From Auanema rhodensis (lineage: Eukaryota > Animalia > Nematoda): a DNA stretch of 64,000 nucleotides. Location: the NCBI GenBank assembly GCA_964057225.1, contig OZ059896.1, forward strand, positions 9,858,001 to 9,922,000, in the 5' to 3' direction. Positions 25,023-38,104 of this stretch are shown here, piece after piece (the stretch's first letter is position 1; each line of letters begins with the position of its first letter). The translations under genes and the position numbers were made by a program. The notes under the pieces were generated by a model. That model was not told the DNA's origin and ran no database searches. It saw only the letters and a program-made list of their open reading frames with translations.

Positions 25023-27490
25023 ATGGAGGAGGCGAAGAATATGGCTCTGCTTTTCTTTATGGACCATCTGATGCAAAAGAATGGTCGTCGTACAATTCAT
25101 GACCTCTCTTGTCAATTTGGAGCTAGAGGGTGTGTATTACAAAATAATATTTTCAAAAAAAAATAAATTTAAAAAAAATAAAGATGAATCTGATGTTTTA
25201 CTTGATATCTTCAGGTTTTCCGAAGACATGAGAAATGCTGTTGGAACAACTCAAGAAGGCTTAACAGAGTTTTTATTGCAACATCCCTCACTATTCTCAG
25301 TTGATGGAGACCAAGTATAGTTTGTATACAATGGACAGATCATCTAACTTTGAAAATTCAGGTCAACATTGTTGGATTTGGCGATATGACAGCTAAAAAT
25401 AATCCTCTGCTTCAACAGACATCCCGGGGGCGTGATTATGAAAAGGAAGCCGTCGAATTTTTTGTGAATAAGCTCACAAAGTTCGGTCCTGAGCTTCAAG
25501 TATTAAATTTCATAAAATAACAAATATTCATTCATCGATTTTATAGATAAAATCATTACTTGGTCACCGTTCTCAAGCTGCACCAGAAGTCCGCCTAGTG
25601 TCAGGTCGCCATCTCAAAGAGTTTTGCGAATTTTTACAATCTCAAGTTGATCATTTTGTTGTTGAAGGAGACAGAGTTCGTTTAAAGGTTAGTATAATAC
25701 ATATAAATAAAAATTATATTCTATAATAAATAAAATGTAAAATAAAAGTTTTTTCTTGATGTAGGACATGCCGGAACCAGACGAAGATTCAATAGAGTTA
25801 GATGACGAAGGCAAACCATTAGCTGGTGTAAAAGCCAAACAAGCTGCTGTAGAATATTTAAAAAGTGTTTTAGAACAGGTATATTGCTTAAATAATAATA
25901 TTTTCTCACAAAACTTCTTAAGAAATGCTATTAGACAATTATCTTTTTTTCTTTTCAGAATGATGATCAGCCTATCCCCCTTGATCAATTCTATCAAAGT
26001 TTTTGTCAAAGATTCAATCATACTATTAGACAGGATGTAGCTACAAATCCTAAAGAACTATTACAGTTTTTGAAACTGAATCGTTCATTATTTTTTATTC
26101 GTAGTAATAAGGTAATATAATTAAATATTTCAAAAAAATAATGATAAACAAATAATATTTAGGTATCACTTGTTAAAAATAGACCTAGTGAAGATGGATC
26201 TGAAAATGGATCTGAAGAAGAACAACAAGAAAATAATAATAACCATATATTCCCTTTGGATCAAAATGCCTTGAGCAAAATACATTATGTAAAAGCATTG
26301 AGACAAGCTAAAGTATTTTTGATTAAAAACTTTTATCATTTTAATATTTATTATTTAGGAAGTTATCGAAAAAATTAATGCGGACTTAAAGGAGCAAGAA
26401 CGCCCATTAGTTGGTTTGGATTTCAAAACTGTCACTTTGGGTGCCGAAGGAGAAACTTTCTTATCTTTAGGTAATTTCCAAATACATTTTTATAATAAAA
26501 TATTAAGATACATAAAAATTGTCTTATCTTATTCTTCAGGCGTTATTGCTTCAACATCACTTATTGGCGTATTTGATCTCGCATCTAGTGATGTAATGGT
26601 AATGGAAAGTGGGATGAAAGAACTATTGGAAAATGGAAAAGTGGTTAAAGTAAATTATAATTATTATATTTTTAATTAAAATATGTTTTTCTCTCTAAGG
26701 TTATTCACGATGCTAGAAGAATTAGTACTATTCTATCTCACAAATATGCTGTTCATATGAGAAATATATTTGATACACAGGTAAATAGAAACATCTTTTA
26801 TAATACTGTACTAAATTTATATCAATTTCAGGTTGCTCATGCTATTCTTCAACATGATAAATTTAACAAGCCCTTACATGACATGAGACCAATCACATTT
26901 TTGAATTTGCAACGTGTGTACTATCCACAATCTATTTTACTAAGTGATGTAACACCTCGTAAATTGAGTCAAAACCCAAAGTAAGTTATAAATACAATTG
27001 TTCACTGTTTGAAACAATTTCAACAATGTTATGAATGTTTTCAGTTGGGGACAACGACCAATTACTGACGAATTCTTGTTGAATATTGTAGAAGAAGCTC
27101 ACTGTTTGATTTCGGCTCTCCATCAAACACTTTCAAACCTGTTGCCTGTTCATCTGCGAGGCTTATTTGAGGACAAATGTGTTGAAGTAAATTTACTTTT
27201 TTATTACTTATCACATAGATATTCATATCTTCATATACAATTTCTTATCATTTATATATTCGATTTAGGTTCTCTTAGCTAGTCCAACACGTCCTCCACC
27301 ATCTAACTTTTCATCTGGAAGCCCATATCGAGCATCCACAAGACGAGCTGAAAGAGCTGCACCAACAGCTACATTTAATTCTAATACAGCCGGATTTGAC
27401 AGTGTAAGTCCTCGACGTCGAATGGCCGATGCATGTACTCAAACCTTTTCAACGGGAGACATTCAAGTGCTCAATATATACTACGAGTGA
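25023..27490 (+). CDS. egal-1: Egalitarian homolog (LOTUS-like repeats plus 3'-5' exonuclease-like domain; dynein adaptor), 13 exons
   Basis: MEEAKNMALLFFMDHLMQKNGRRTIHDLSCQFGARGFSEDMRNAVGTTQEGLTEFLLQHPSLF... matches the Egl N-terminus. Exo-like domain: KVIHDARRI...NIFDTQVAHAIL...WGQRPIT. C-terminal ADACTQTFSTGDIQVLNIYYE*. All 12 introns are GT-AG and keep frame. Confidence 0.93.
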
Positions 27491-28583
27491 ACGAAATTTC
27501 GTTTTTTTCCCTTTAAATATTGTCCCAATCATCTCTATTTCTGTTTTCTCCAATATTTTCAATTAACATTCGTACGTAGGTACTACTTTTGTCTTAGCAC
27601 TTCATCCATCCACTTCATCCATTCATCCCTCCCTTCATTCAATTTTCTCTCCCTCTCTCTCTCTCTCTTTCTCTTTCAATTCACATCATTATCAACAACG
27701 GGACAGCATTTAATAAGTCAAATTACATAAAATGAAGATATCTTATAGATAAACTTTAAAATTTATTTGTTAACTAGTCGCAAAGTTATTATTAGTTTCA
27801 ATAATTTTTGTTTTTAAATTAATAGCATAACCATGTCTAAACTTTGTATTTCCTATTATACTGAGACAGAGCTTTGATATATACTATTGTGATGATTAAT
27901 TGCCTTGAAAATAAATATTTTCTAAAATAATTTCTTTAATATACAGTACTTTTATAATATTGATATATCTAAATCTATTTGTATATTTCAGTTCAATTAA
28001 AAATTGTTTTCAAATACTTGTTCAGCATTGAAATTCAAGTACTGTGAAGATCATTGGAACAAATTTCCAAGAATTCATATAATAGATATGTATACTTACA
28101 TGTATACAGTCAGAACGATGAAAAGTTTCTAATTTGATCTGATGATTGATTGAAATCAATATACATATACATCTGTAACTGATTGTTTATTGAATCAATT
28201 CAACAACTTAATACTTTAGAAGACATGATTTGTGATCCTGATCTCTGTGCTCTTTATAAATTATAATTTCATTTTCTCAAAAGTAATTATGAAACTATTT
28301 TAACTTGTATCTGAGATTTCAGCAATGAAAATGTATATGTTCAACTAATTCATTGGCATCAATCACTGAAGCATATATGTATATATTATCCGATTATCAC
28401 ACATACCATGTGAATATGCTCTTGAGAAGAAATAAATTTTGTAGATCATTACGAATATTTAATTATAAATTGCGTATGAGAATATTTTTCTTAAAATATT
28501 TTGTTACATTTCTTCTACAATTAATTATTTTATATCAAAGTTTACGAGTAGTGTATATTGATATAAAGTAAAGATACATGCAT

Positions 28584-29821
28584 ATGTCTTGTATAAATTA
28601 TGAACATGCTTTAATCTATTGGACATATATTCCACATAAAATACTATTATTTATTCATTTTCTTTTATCATTATTTGGACTTATAAACAATACTTTATTT
28701 TTATTACGACATTCCAAACATTTGTATTTTCATGGAAATTCAAAGGTTTTTTTCTCAAGTGATATTATATTCAATTAATTTGAGGCAGTTATAGATACTT
28801 ATTAAATTCATAGTTTTAACAAATATAGTTTATTCAACTTCACAACTATCAAATCAAGTAAGTATTGAGTAAACTATACTGATAATATTCATATATATAT
28901 ACATATAAACATATAGATTTACCAAGGAATTATCTTTATAATAGCTAAAGAACCATGCGATTTATATATTTCAAATAGAGTCTGTTTGATATTTCGTTTA
29001 CCAAGTTGGACATCGATCACATTGATTACGATGTTCAATTTAGCAATTGTTCTTGAACGGTTAAGTGCCACATATCTAGCATCTACATATGAACATCGAA
29101 AACCATATCGTATAATAATTTATATGTTAGCGGTATTAATTCATAAAAATTAAAAAAAAAAAGTTTTTCTTTATATTTTATAGTTGTCATGCACAGTTGG
29201 ATGTGGATTATTCATTTATTTTTCATGGGATTTAGATGCTTCGTCACTCCATTGCTCCTATTGGACATCTAATTCGTTAAGAAGTGTTCAAAACTTTTGT
29301 TGGCTACACGTTCTCCTTGATATTATATTGCTTGTAATTTTTGTTGGAAATTATAGATGGAATATTGTAACATCACAACGGTAAGACCATAGTTTAATTA
29401 CCATTTTATATTAATTTATAACAAATTTAGTATAATATATGATATTTCCACACGTTATCAGAGAAAAGAAAACTTAATTGTTTTAAAAATATTCAAACCC
29501 ATCATTGGATTGCATCTTGGCGTTCATTTAATTTTTTGCTTTTCTCTAATTTTGATGAGCTACTTAGCTCGTTTAATACAAGATCAAATCATTTTATTGA
29601 CAATTATGATGGCATTATCGGTAAAATAATTAATAACAAGTTAAAGAATTATTCTATATTCTTAGGTTTATCCAGTATATGCAATGTTAGCTCCCTTTTT
29701 TCTTATTCGAAATTTACAAAAAAATAAGGAGCAAAGAGAACAGCATACTAATCGAATTCAAAGAGAAACAGCTGATTGTACATCAAATTATTTTAAACAG
29801 TTTAATTCAGCTTGGAGATGA
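28584..29821 (+). CDS. Serpentine chemoreceptor GPCR, Sra superfamily (Srab-like)
   Basis: Spliced product has hydrophobic segments and family motifs FHGNSK, KEPCDL, IVLERLSATY...YEH, STRYQRKEN and terminal YFKQFNSAWR*. GT-AG introns. Confidence 0.88.
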
Positions 29822-31307
29822 TTCACTTAATAGTTTAATTTTTATTTAATTTCTATGTATATATGTATACAGTATACATTATATTTATATCTTGTATTTC
29901 CATGATAATGTCAATATAATACTTATTGATGAAGACTTAACTATATGTATAAACTACATAAGTTTTAAATAATTAAAATAAACTATATATTGAAAGATTT
30001 TGCACTTCAACCATATTGGTAAGTTTCAAAAACATTTGGCTAATGGCTCGGATTAAAACAAGAAAACTGAAAGCTTGGCATCAATTATCAAAAGCAATAG
30101 AAGATGAGTGATAGGAAATGGAAGGCAAACCTGTTTGCTTTTTTCCTTTTTCAGATTTTTATACAGAGCTAAAAATCTTTGAAGATTGTTGCAAATAAAT
30201 GCGATATATCAAATATTTTAGTAGAATCTTCAACATTTATATACAGTGTGGCAAAAGAAGATATGATTCAGATACATTATCGTTTAATAATTCTGATCAT
30301 TCTGCACATGATCTACAAAAATCATCTTTTTACGTGTATTATATATATATATATACTAATTATATAATATATATTTGTTAAATATTACACATAACGAAGA
30401 ATGAGTTTAATTTGCAATTAAACATTATAGAACAAGAATTTAAAATCTTGTCAATTTTCTTTACGATACTGCTGACATTTTCTAAAATTAGCATTGTTTC
30501 CAAAGTTTTTTCTGAGAACAACTTTTTTTTGGAAATGTTTAATGAATATTGCCAAAAACTGATTGGACTGCAGAAATAACAATATGAGAGAAAATATGTT
30601 TGTACAGTATTTTGCAAATCTTTTTGAGCTTCAATATCTTGAAAGATCATTATTTCCTTAAAAGATTGCATGCCTACAGTAAGACCTACCCTTCAAGTTT
30701 AATATTAGAAACTTCTTTTAAAGATTTCAATCACATCTTATCATTTCCTCCGCGTGTTTCCTACATTAGTTCCTCTCTTCAGAATTGTCTTTCACTTTTC
30801 TTGGCTTTTTGCGCCGAATGGAATGACGTGAAAGAAATGTTTCACGTGATATATCTCTTTTCGGTGATGCAAATGGTGGGAACGGTTGTATTTATTCCTA
30901 AATTTCTTTCTAAATTCTCTATTATTCACTATACATCTTTCACTTTTCTCTTACACCAATTCTATTCTTTCTTCTCTCGGATTCATAGTGCAATTAGGTG
31001 CTGTCTCAAACTGAGTAAGAAATTCATCTAGTTGCATCTACTACAGGTGATGCTGATAAGACTGAAGAGCGAAAGAAAACCCGATTGGTGCCCAAAAAAG
31101 GATATCATTGGCAAACAGGTAGGAAAGTAGGTGGAACATAACACTATCACCATAATGAAAGCTTATAGCTTTATGAAACCCAGAGTATTCTATATTTCGT
31201 TAGTGTCAACTGCCAACTCGATAAACTCTTGCTTATTCTCTCAACTTGAAAAATGCATTCTCACTTATAAAGAACAATTTATTATTTTATTTCCATTTGT
31301 TCCAGGA

Positions 31308-34141
31308 ATGAAAAGGGCTTTGTATATTCAAATAGCTCTACTATTAACTTGGTTTTCTCTTATTGAAGGTGAGTCGAAATATAAATATAAAATTATATTA
31401 TTCAATATATGTTTTGAAGCTGATTCATTTCAACCATCCTTATTGCCATATCCAGCATCTGTATCAAATATTCCGGTATGAAGCATATGCATATATTATA
31501 CTTTTAAACATTATTTTTAAAAAAATCTTCATATACAATATAAAATTTATATTTTAAATATTTGTTTTTGTTAGAAAACTAAACAAGATGAAGCTAATCC
31601 AGTTTCAATAGAAAACAAGAATTCAGCTTTCACATCAGGTGAGTGGTCTGTGAAACTTTTTTTTATCATTTTTGAACATATTGCGTAATCAATCATGTTT
31701 TCAGCTTATTCTAACCAGGATTTGTCCGAAGATTTAACAAGCTTACTCACTGGAATAGCTGAGCAGGTTAAAAAGTTTCTAAACATGTTGAATACGATTA
31801 ACCAAAACAATGTTTTTGAAGTTTTGGTAAAAATCCTTTCCATCCTGATTCAAATGTATTACCTACTCGTTCACGTCGTTCTTCGAATTCTGATGCTGAT
31901 TTGAGGGAGATTGGTCAAGACAGAGATGAAGAGAAGGAGCCAGAAGAAGGAGTACGAGTTGTTAAAATCTGTAGCTATCAGTATGATTAATTTCAGTTCA
32001 TCAAAGAACCCGATTCAGAACATCATGGTGACGACGAAGGTCAGTAGTTTTTATCTTTTCTTCTTATATCATTTTCATATAATTCTCACAATATCAGTTT
32101 GTTACTGTAGATACTGAAGAATCTGATCCTTCATTAACAAGCTCTAAAAGAGATTATTGTGAACGTTATGAACAGCATTATTCATATTTCTGTGTTGGTG
32201 AAACTACCAGCGATGACCCAGTGCGTTCCCCTACCTATACATATATACAGCATAATTAACATTCAGTCTGTTACCCGTTTTTGTCCATCATATCAAGGCA
32301 ACTGTCCTGATATGGCAAGAAAATCTCCATTAACTCCATGGCCATCAGATCCATTCTCAGCACCAGTGAGACCTATTTCACGACCAGTTAGTGTAGAAAC
32401 GACGGATAGTGAATCAGCAGAAGTAGATGAACGAGATGTTTACTTCTCAGAATTGAGAGTAATAATTTCGTTTTGTATATCATACAATTCTTTTTATTTC
32501 ACAGAGAAGATTTCCTTGCAAGCCTGACTGTGATCAAAGATTATTCCCTCATTGCACTTCTGAATGCAAATGTGATTTTATCTATCCTATTGTACAGAAA
32601 TTCTGTAATCCACCACCAATGCCAATATTTTTGAACACTTGCAGGTTTTGCATTCCATTTTTAATTAAAGAAATATTTTATATTTCGTGTAGATTATGGT
32701 ATAATGGATGTCCTAAATATGACCCTTATCATTATGCTTCTCAATTTGTTTATAATAAGGCTAATAAGGGCAAAGTTTCAAGTATGCAATAATTAATTTA
32801 TGTGATATCAACAGCTATTTATAGGTGGCCCTAGTTTGAGTGATGTCAGCCCATATGGAATTCCACAAGCTCGCAGTGCGAAACCTTTCTCAAGGCCTCA
32901 TCGGTTAGAATTATTATTATTCAAATAGAATTTATATATTATATAATATAGAACAAGCAGTCATTTAATGCCTATCATGCATGCTGCTAAAACTTTGAGA
33001 CTTAAAAGAAGTACCCAAGAAGATGAAATGGTCATTCCACCTGCACTACCATATGGCGCTCCTCGGGCTTCAGGCTTAAGATCCACTAGTGTTTCTTCCC
33101 CATCCGTTTCTTCATTTGAACATGTTTCAAAAACTCATGAGGATATATCAGAAACTCCTTGGCCTGATACTCATTCAAGGTGATTGTTGCGATAATTTAG
33201 TTTTCAGCTAGAAATGAAACATTTTATATATTTTTAGTTCAAGAACACATACATCGCATAAAACATCTCATCATAAGATATCGCATAGTTCTCATTCAAG
33301 ATCTCATAAGCATAGATATTCAACTAAAAGAAGTTCCAACCCATCTTCGTCTTCCTTCAGTTCTGCTTTTGACCCAGAACCAAGTAAAACAACACAATCA
33401 CCTCAATTATCAAGAAGAGAATTGTATAATAAGCTGAAGTTTGTTATAATACCGTAATATTCAAAATTAGTTTTGTTTTTTAAGAGTTTTGAATGATTTA
33501 ACTAGTCAGCCTGTTGGTATAACAAAAAAATTGGAAGATCCCGGTACTCTGAACCAAATATTAGGAGCGACCACAGCTACAGAGGATGGGAGACCTAGGT
33601 AATGAACGGTTATTTGCAACATTTAGAAACCTAAAAATATATTTAAGAGCAGCAGCAGTAGCTACAGCAGATGAAGAAGCTGATCCTTTCAAAGTAATTA
33701 TAATTATATTATAAATCTAATAACAATAATCATCCTCAACAATTATAGAACGTTGATCGCTGGTCAGGATTAACTGATAGTCGTGGTATATACCATCGAC
33801 CAAGAAGTTCCAGTCCTTTCACAAAGCCAGGTAAGTAACATCTAATCATGCTGTTCAAATATGTTTATTAATTCAGGTCTGTGGGAGCCAAATCCTGATG
33901 ATCCACACAGTCGTGATCCAACGAATAAGTATTGGTATCATCCAGAATCCTTGGGAGTAGATTGGTTAAACGGCCAAGTAATAGCTATATTAAAATAAAA
34001 AGGCAATGAATTCATATTCAGATGACATGGGGTGGTCATTGGGCTGTACCAGCTGCAGGTGTAGGAGGTACAGATGGTTTCAGTTCTCTTCACTTTCCAA
34101 GTATTGGTACATTCCTTAACATTCCTGATGATTACGATTAA
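31308..34141 (+). CDS. Secreted nematode-specific Cys-rich / Ser-His-rich protein of unknown function (possible cuticle/apical ECM precursor)
   Basis: Signal peptide MKRALYIQIALLLTWFSLIEA. Cys modules DYCERYEQHYSYFC...FCPSYQGNCP and PDCDQRLFPHCTSECKCDFIYPIVQKFCNPPP...CRLWYNGCP. C-terminus ...WGGHWAVPAAGVGGTDGFSSLHFPSIGTFLNIPDDYD*. Many short GT-AG introns. Confidence 0.85.
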
Positions 34142-34798
34142 GTTTATTTAAAAATTAGGAAATGTTATGAATTGTTTTCATTTTTGTTGTATATATTGTA
34201 TACATATATATGCTTATAAAGAGAATTAAATTAAATTAGCTTTATATTTTAAAAGTTCATAGAAAGATAAATACGAGAAGAGTTGTTTTTTTGTTTTTTT
34301 TTAGTATTATTTTGATTTAGAATAAAATAATTTAGACATTTATTTACATATATAATATATATGATTTCGAATGTTTTTGATAATATTTCAATACAACGTT
34401 TTGAAAACTTGGAATGATCTATGCATTACTAATAAATTCAAATTTATTTTAAATAAACTTAAAACTTGAAATTTCATATATGTATATTGCTCTAATCCAT
34501 TTCATTAACAAATTATCTTTTTCTTAACTATATATATTCTTGTATAAGAGAATTCTGAAAAAGAAAAATTGAAGAACTGTTCTCTATCAGAAACCATGAC
34601 ATTATGCCTATGACCTCATAATATTATTCAATCATGTATTAGATCTCTATCAAGCCTTAGAACTTGTTAATGTAATGTGAAAATAGAGAGATAACGTATG
34701 TCAAATTGCCGAATTTCATAGGTGTATTGAATAAAACACTATAAACTACCTTGAGTTACGTATACACCTTTGTGTTCTTTTCGCATAGTAAGCAAGCC

Positions 34799-36348
34799 AT
34801 GTTTCGTTCTTCATGGAGATCAATGCTTCAATATGTCTATTTTGCCATTGCACTTATTATACTATTCGAATTACTTCTAAACTATGAATCAATAGAATTT
34901 GTAAGTTTTTTTTATTATTAATTGTTTTAAATTAAATTATTTTAAAATTAAGTTGGTTTAATAAAAATATTTCAGTCTATATCGGGAACACGTAAAGCAA
35001 GACAAGTGTTAACGGAATGGTCTGATTGCATGACATACAGATTAAGAAAAAGAAGAGGACATGATATTCATAAGGTTTTTTTTTAATTTTTGTTTTTTAA
35101 GGTACGTTTTCGCCCATAACTCCACCGATTTATCAGAAAATTTACGCGCGCGCATAAAAGTTTGGAAACTCACCAGCTTTTCATAAGCCAGCAGAAGTGC
35201 TCTATCCTCTCCAGATTGATTACGCTTCAACAAAAATCAAAAGTTTAATTTCTTTCAAAGTTTAAAGTTATGGCGCTCATTAAATATGCAATTAAACGCG
35301 TGCTCTCTAATGACACTGTATTTAGTTGGGTGGTGGGCGAAACCGTACCAGCTCCAATATATTAATATTATATTATATTTTATTAAGTTTGCATATTTAA
35401 TAAATGATTGCAGATGTGGTATGATGATTGGAATGCAATTACACGTTGCCAAAATTCTACACTTCTTCGAAACCTTCAGTTACTTACATTAGAATCAGGT
35501 GTACGTCAAAAACTTCATATCTTACCTAAAGATGTAAATCTTTCCATTTCTTGTATGGTTTCTTAATTTTTCTGAACTTAGTTTCCTCAAAGTGTGATTG
35601 TGACCATTGGATCTGAAGGAGATATTACACTTCACAAGAAACTTTATGAAGTGATAAAACTAGATTGTTTAATATTTTAATATTTTTTGAATTAAATTCA
35701 GACATTGAGAAAAAATGCACTATTTTTTGGAGCTGATGCTCAAATTAAAGCTGACTCTTCAGCAATCAGAGAGCTAGGGATGTTCTTTCCATTTTCAGTT
35801 GGAGCATCTCATGAATCTGAGTCAGACAAAGGTATCCAGTTCTTAAACAAATCTATATAATCGTTATAAAACTAAATTATAGATAGAAGTACTAATGAAA
35901 AGCCAATTGTTGATTTAACATATTTCTTAGATGACATTATACAGAAACATGTAAAATTAGATTTATCTTTATTTTGTTATCATGATTAGAAGATTTTTTT
36001 TAGTTTTATGATGCATTATGGATAGATGCTAATGGTTCTGAGTATAATGCTATTCCTTTATTATTTAAAGGAGCAGAATTAGAAGAAAAAGGAATAACAA
36101 TCTGTCAAATTAATATTGAAGTATAAGCTTATAGAATATATAAAATATAAAATTTTTTTTTAATAATTATTTATTTTTAGATCAAATTTCCAAGATCTGA
36201 TAGACATTTATATCAACTACATAAATATATTCTTCGAATTATAAATGATAGGAAATATGTTTTATTTCGTACTGAACAAGGAATTCATGCTCGATTGTTT
36301 TTACTTAATCTTGAAGATAGTAACTGTGTTCATAGATATTTTCTATAA
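34799..36348 (+). CDS. FkbM-like (Methyltransf_21) type-II membrane protein, paralog 1
   Basis: N-terminal signal anchor (YVYFAIALIILFELLL), then VTIGSEGDI, FFGAD, FFPFSVG, FYDALWIDANGSEY, GITICQINIE, RLFLLNLEDSNCVHRYFL*. Same exon structure as the neighbouring gene. Confidence 0.85.
35101..35349. mobile_element. MITE-like element with GGTAC-initiated terminal inverted repeats inside intron 2 of FkbM paralog 1
   Basis: GGTACGTTTTCGCCCA (35101-35116) vs TGGGCGAAACCGTACC (35334-35349), 15/16 inverted match. Host intron is 339 nt vs 54 nt in the paralog. No clear TSD. Confidence 0.6.
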
Positions 36349-36792
36349 AAACCTCTATTAACTTAATATATTTATGTTTATTTATTTACTTATTTGTATA
36401 TTATAATAATTTTTTTGTACTTTGTATCACACATTTTATTTACTACCAGGATATCCGCATTGAAACTTCAATTCCTATATGCAAACAAGCTACTCTCACG
36501 GTTTAAAATTCAATTAAATTCAAGTTCTTCAGTATATGTGGTGAATATATGAACAGTTTAACTGTTTATACACGTTTTTTTCTCAATAATCATGAGGTCA
36601 GGCAATTAGAATCTGAGATGATCTTGCCGACAAGGACGAAACTAGTTGAAAAACATATTTGGGGAGGGATTACAGATACAGCTTTTCTTATTTCTTAGTT
36701 TCTCCTTTTTACTGTACTATAGTTCTTTTCATTATTATTATTATTACTATTATTATATGTGTTTTATTAAAAAATATCAATTAAATTTAGGC

Positions 36793-38104
36793 ATGGTATT
36801 AAAAGTAGTTAAATCTCGTTACTTGCAATATTTACAAAATACCGTACTTCTTATAATTATTCTGTTATGTGGAAATTACTATTTCAACGTTTTAAAAGTC
36901 AGTTTATTTAATTTTAACTTTTGTTAATTAATTTATAAATATAGAATGATAATATAACAAAACGAGAAAAAGCAGAGAATGCTTTAGATGAATGGAAATC
37001 ATGTATGGAACAGAAAATAGCTCAAAGAAGTGAAGATGTTGATGAGGTTGAATATTTAAATTTGTTTTCTATTTTGTTTATTTTTCATTCAACATTTAAG
37101 ATTTGGAACAAAAATTGGAGAGCAATCGAAATATGTGAAAATATCACATTTATAAATGAATTAAATATTATGAAATTGAAGAATTCGGATAGAGCTAAAT
37201 ATCATGTAGTTCCGAAGACCGTAAGCTTTCATTTTTTGTGGCTTTTTTTATTTATAGATCTATTCCTAAGATGCTTATATTACACATTTCTATTTATTAT
37301 ATTTCAGCTTGAATCTAGTACATTAGTAACTATAGGTATAGGATATGATATAGAAGCAGAAGAAATTTTGAAAAAGGTTTTACAGTTAAATTCATAAATT
37401 TTAAAATAGCTTATATCATATCAAGAAACTAATTGCTCCAATTGCTTTCTATGGTGCTGATCCAGTCGTTGATGGAAACAAAGAAGTTTATAACACGATT
37501 GGTAATTTCTTTCCATTAGCAATAGGAGCAAAATCTGGCGTAAAAGAAGCTTCAGTTCTAATAAAAGAAAGTTTGTTAATTTTTGATCTTTTGTATTTAT
37601 ATACTTAGGAAACAAATCATAATTATAACCAGAATATATTTTAAGAAGGATATTCTCGGAAACGTGTTCCACATGTAGATATAATTTATTTTTTAAAAAG
37701 TTTAGTCAAAAAGACAGTAAGAGCCATGTTTTCAATGAAGATGGTTAGTCTAATGAATATTCCAGTTTTATGATAGTTTGTGGTTGAACAACGAAGGAGC
37801 AGAATATGATATTTTGCCTTTACTTTTCAAAGGATCTAAATTGGATGAAGCCGGTATTACTATTTGTCAATTAAATATTGAGGTTTGTATTAAGAAATAT
37901 TTTTATAAAAGTATATATATATCAAAATTATTTTAGTTTCATGTTCCTCGAATTGAAAAAAAGTTGCCATTTGTTCATAAGTTTTTAAAAAATCTTCTTG
38001 ATGATGGCAGGTATGTACTGGTCAGGCCACATCAAGGAATACATTTACGAGCATTTCTCATAAATTTTGAGAATATTAAATGTTTAAAGAAATATATAGT
38101 TTAA
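36793..38104 (+). CDS. FkbM-like (Methyltransf_21) type-II membrane protein, paralog 2 (tandem duplicate)
   Basis: Signal anchor (TVLLIIILLCG), LVTIGIGYDIEAE, FYGADPV, FFPLAIGAKSG, FYDSLWLNNEGAEY, GITICQLNIEFH, ENIKCLKKYIV*. TTTAG acceptor 2 nt before the ATG. Confidence 0.87.

Noticed and set aside
30378-31031. 97-aa and 143-aa ORFs between the GPCR and the secreted protein
   Set aside because: AT-driven composition, no recognisable motifs or exon structure.
31767-31821. Apparent third non-canonical intron (CAG|GTTAAA donor is out of frame with the AG at 31821)
   Set aside because: A GT 8 nt downstream (31775) gives a normal in-frame 47-nt GT-AG intron.
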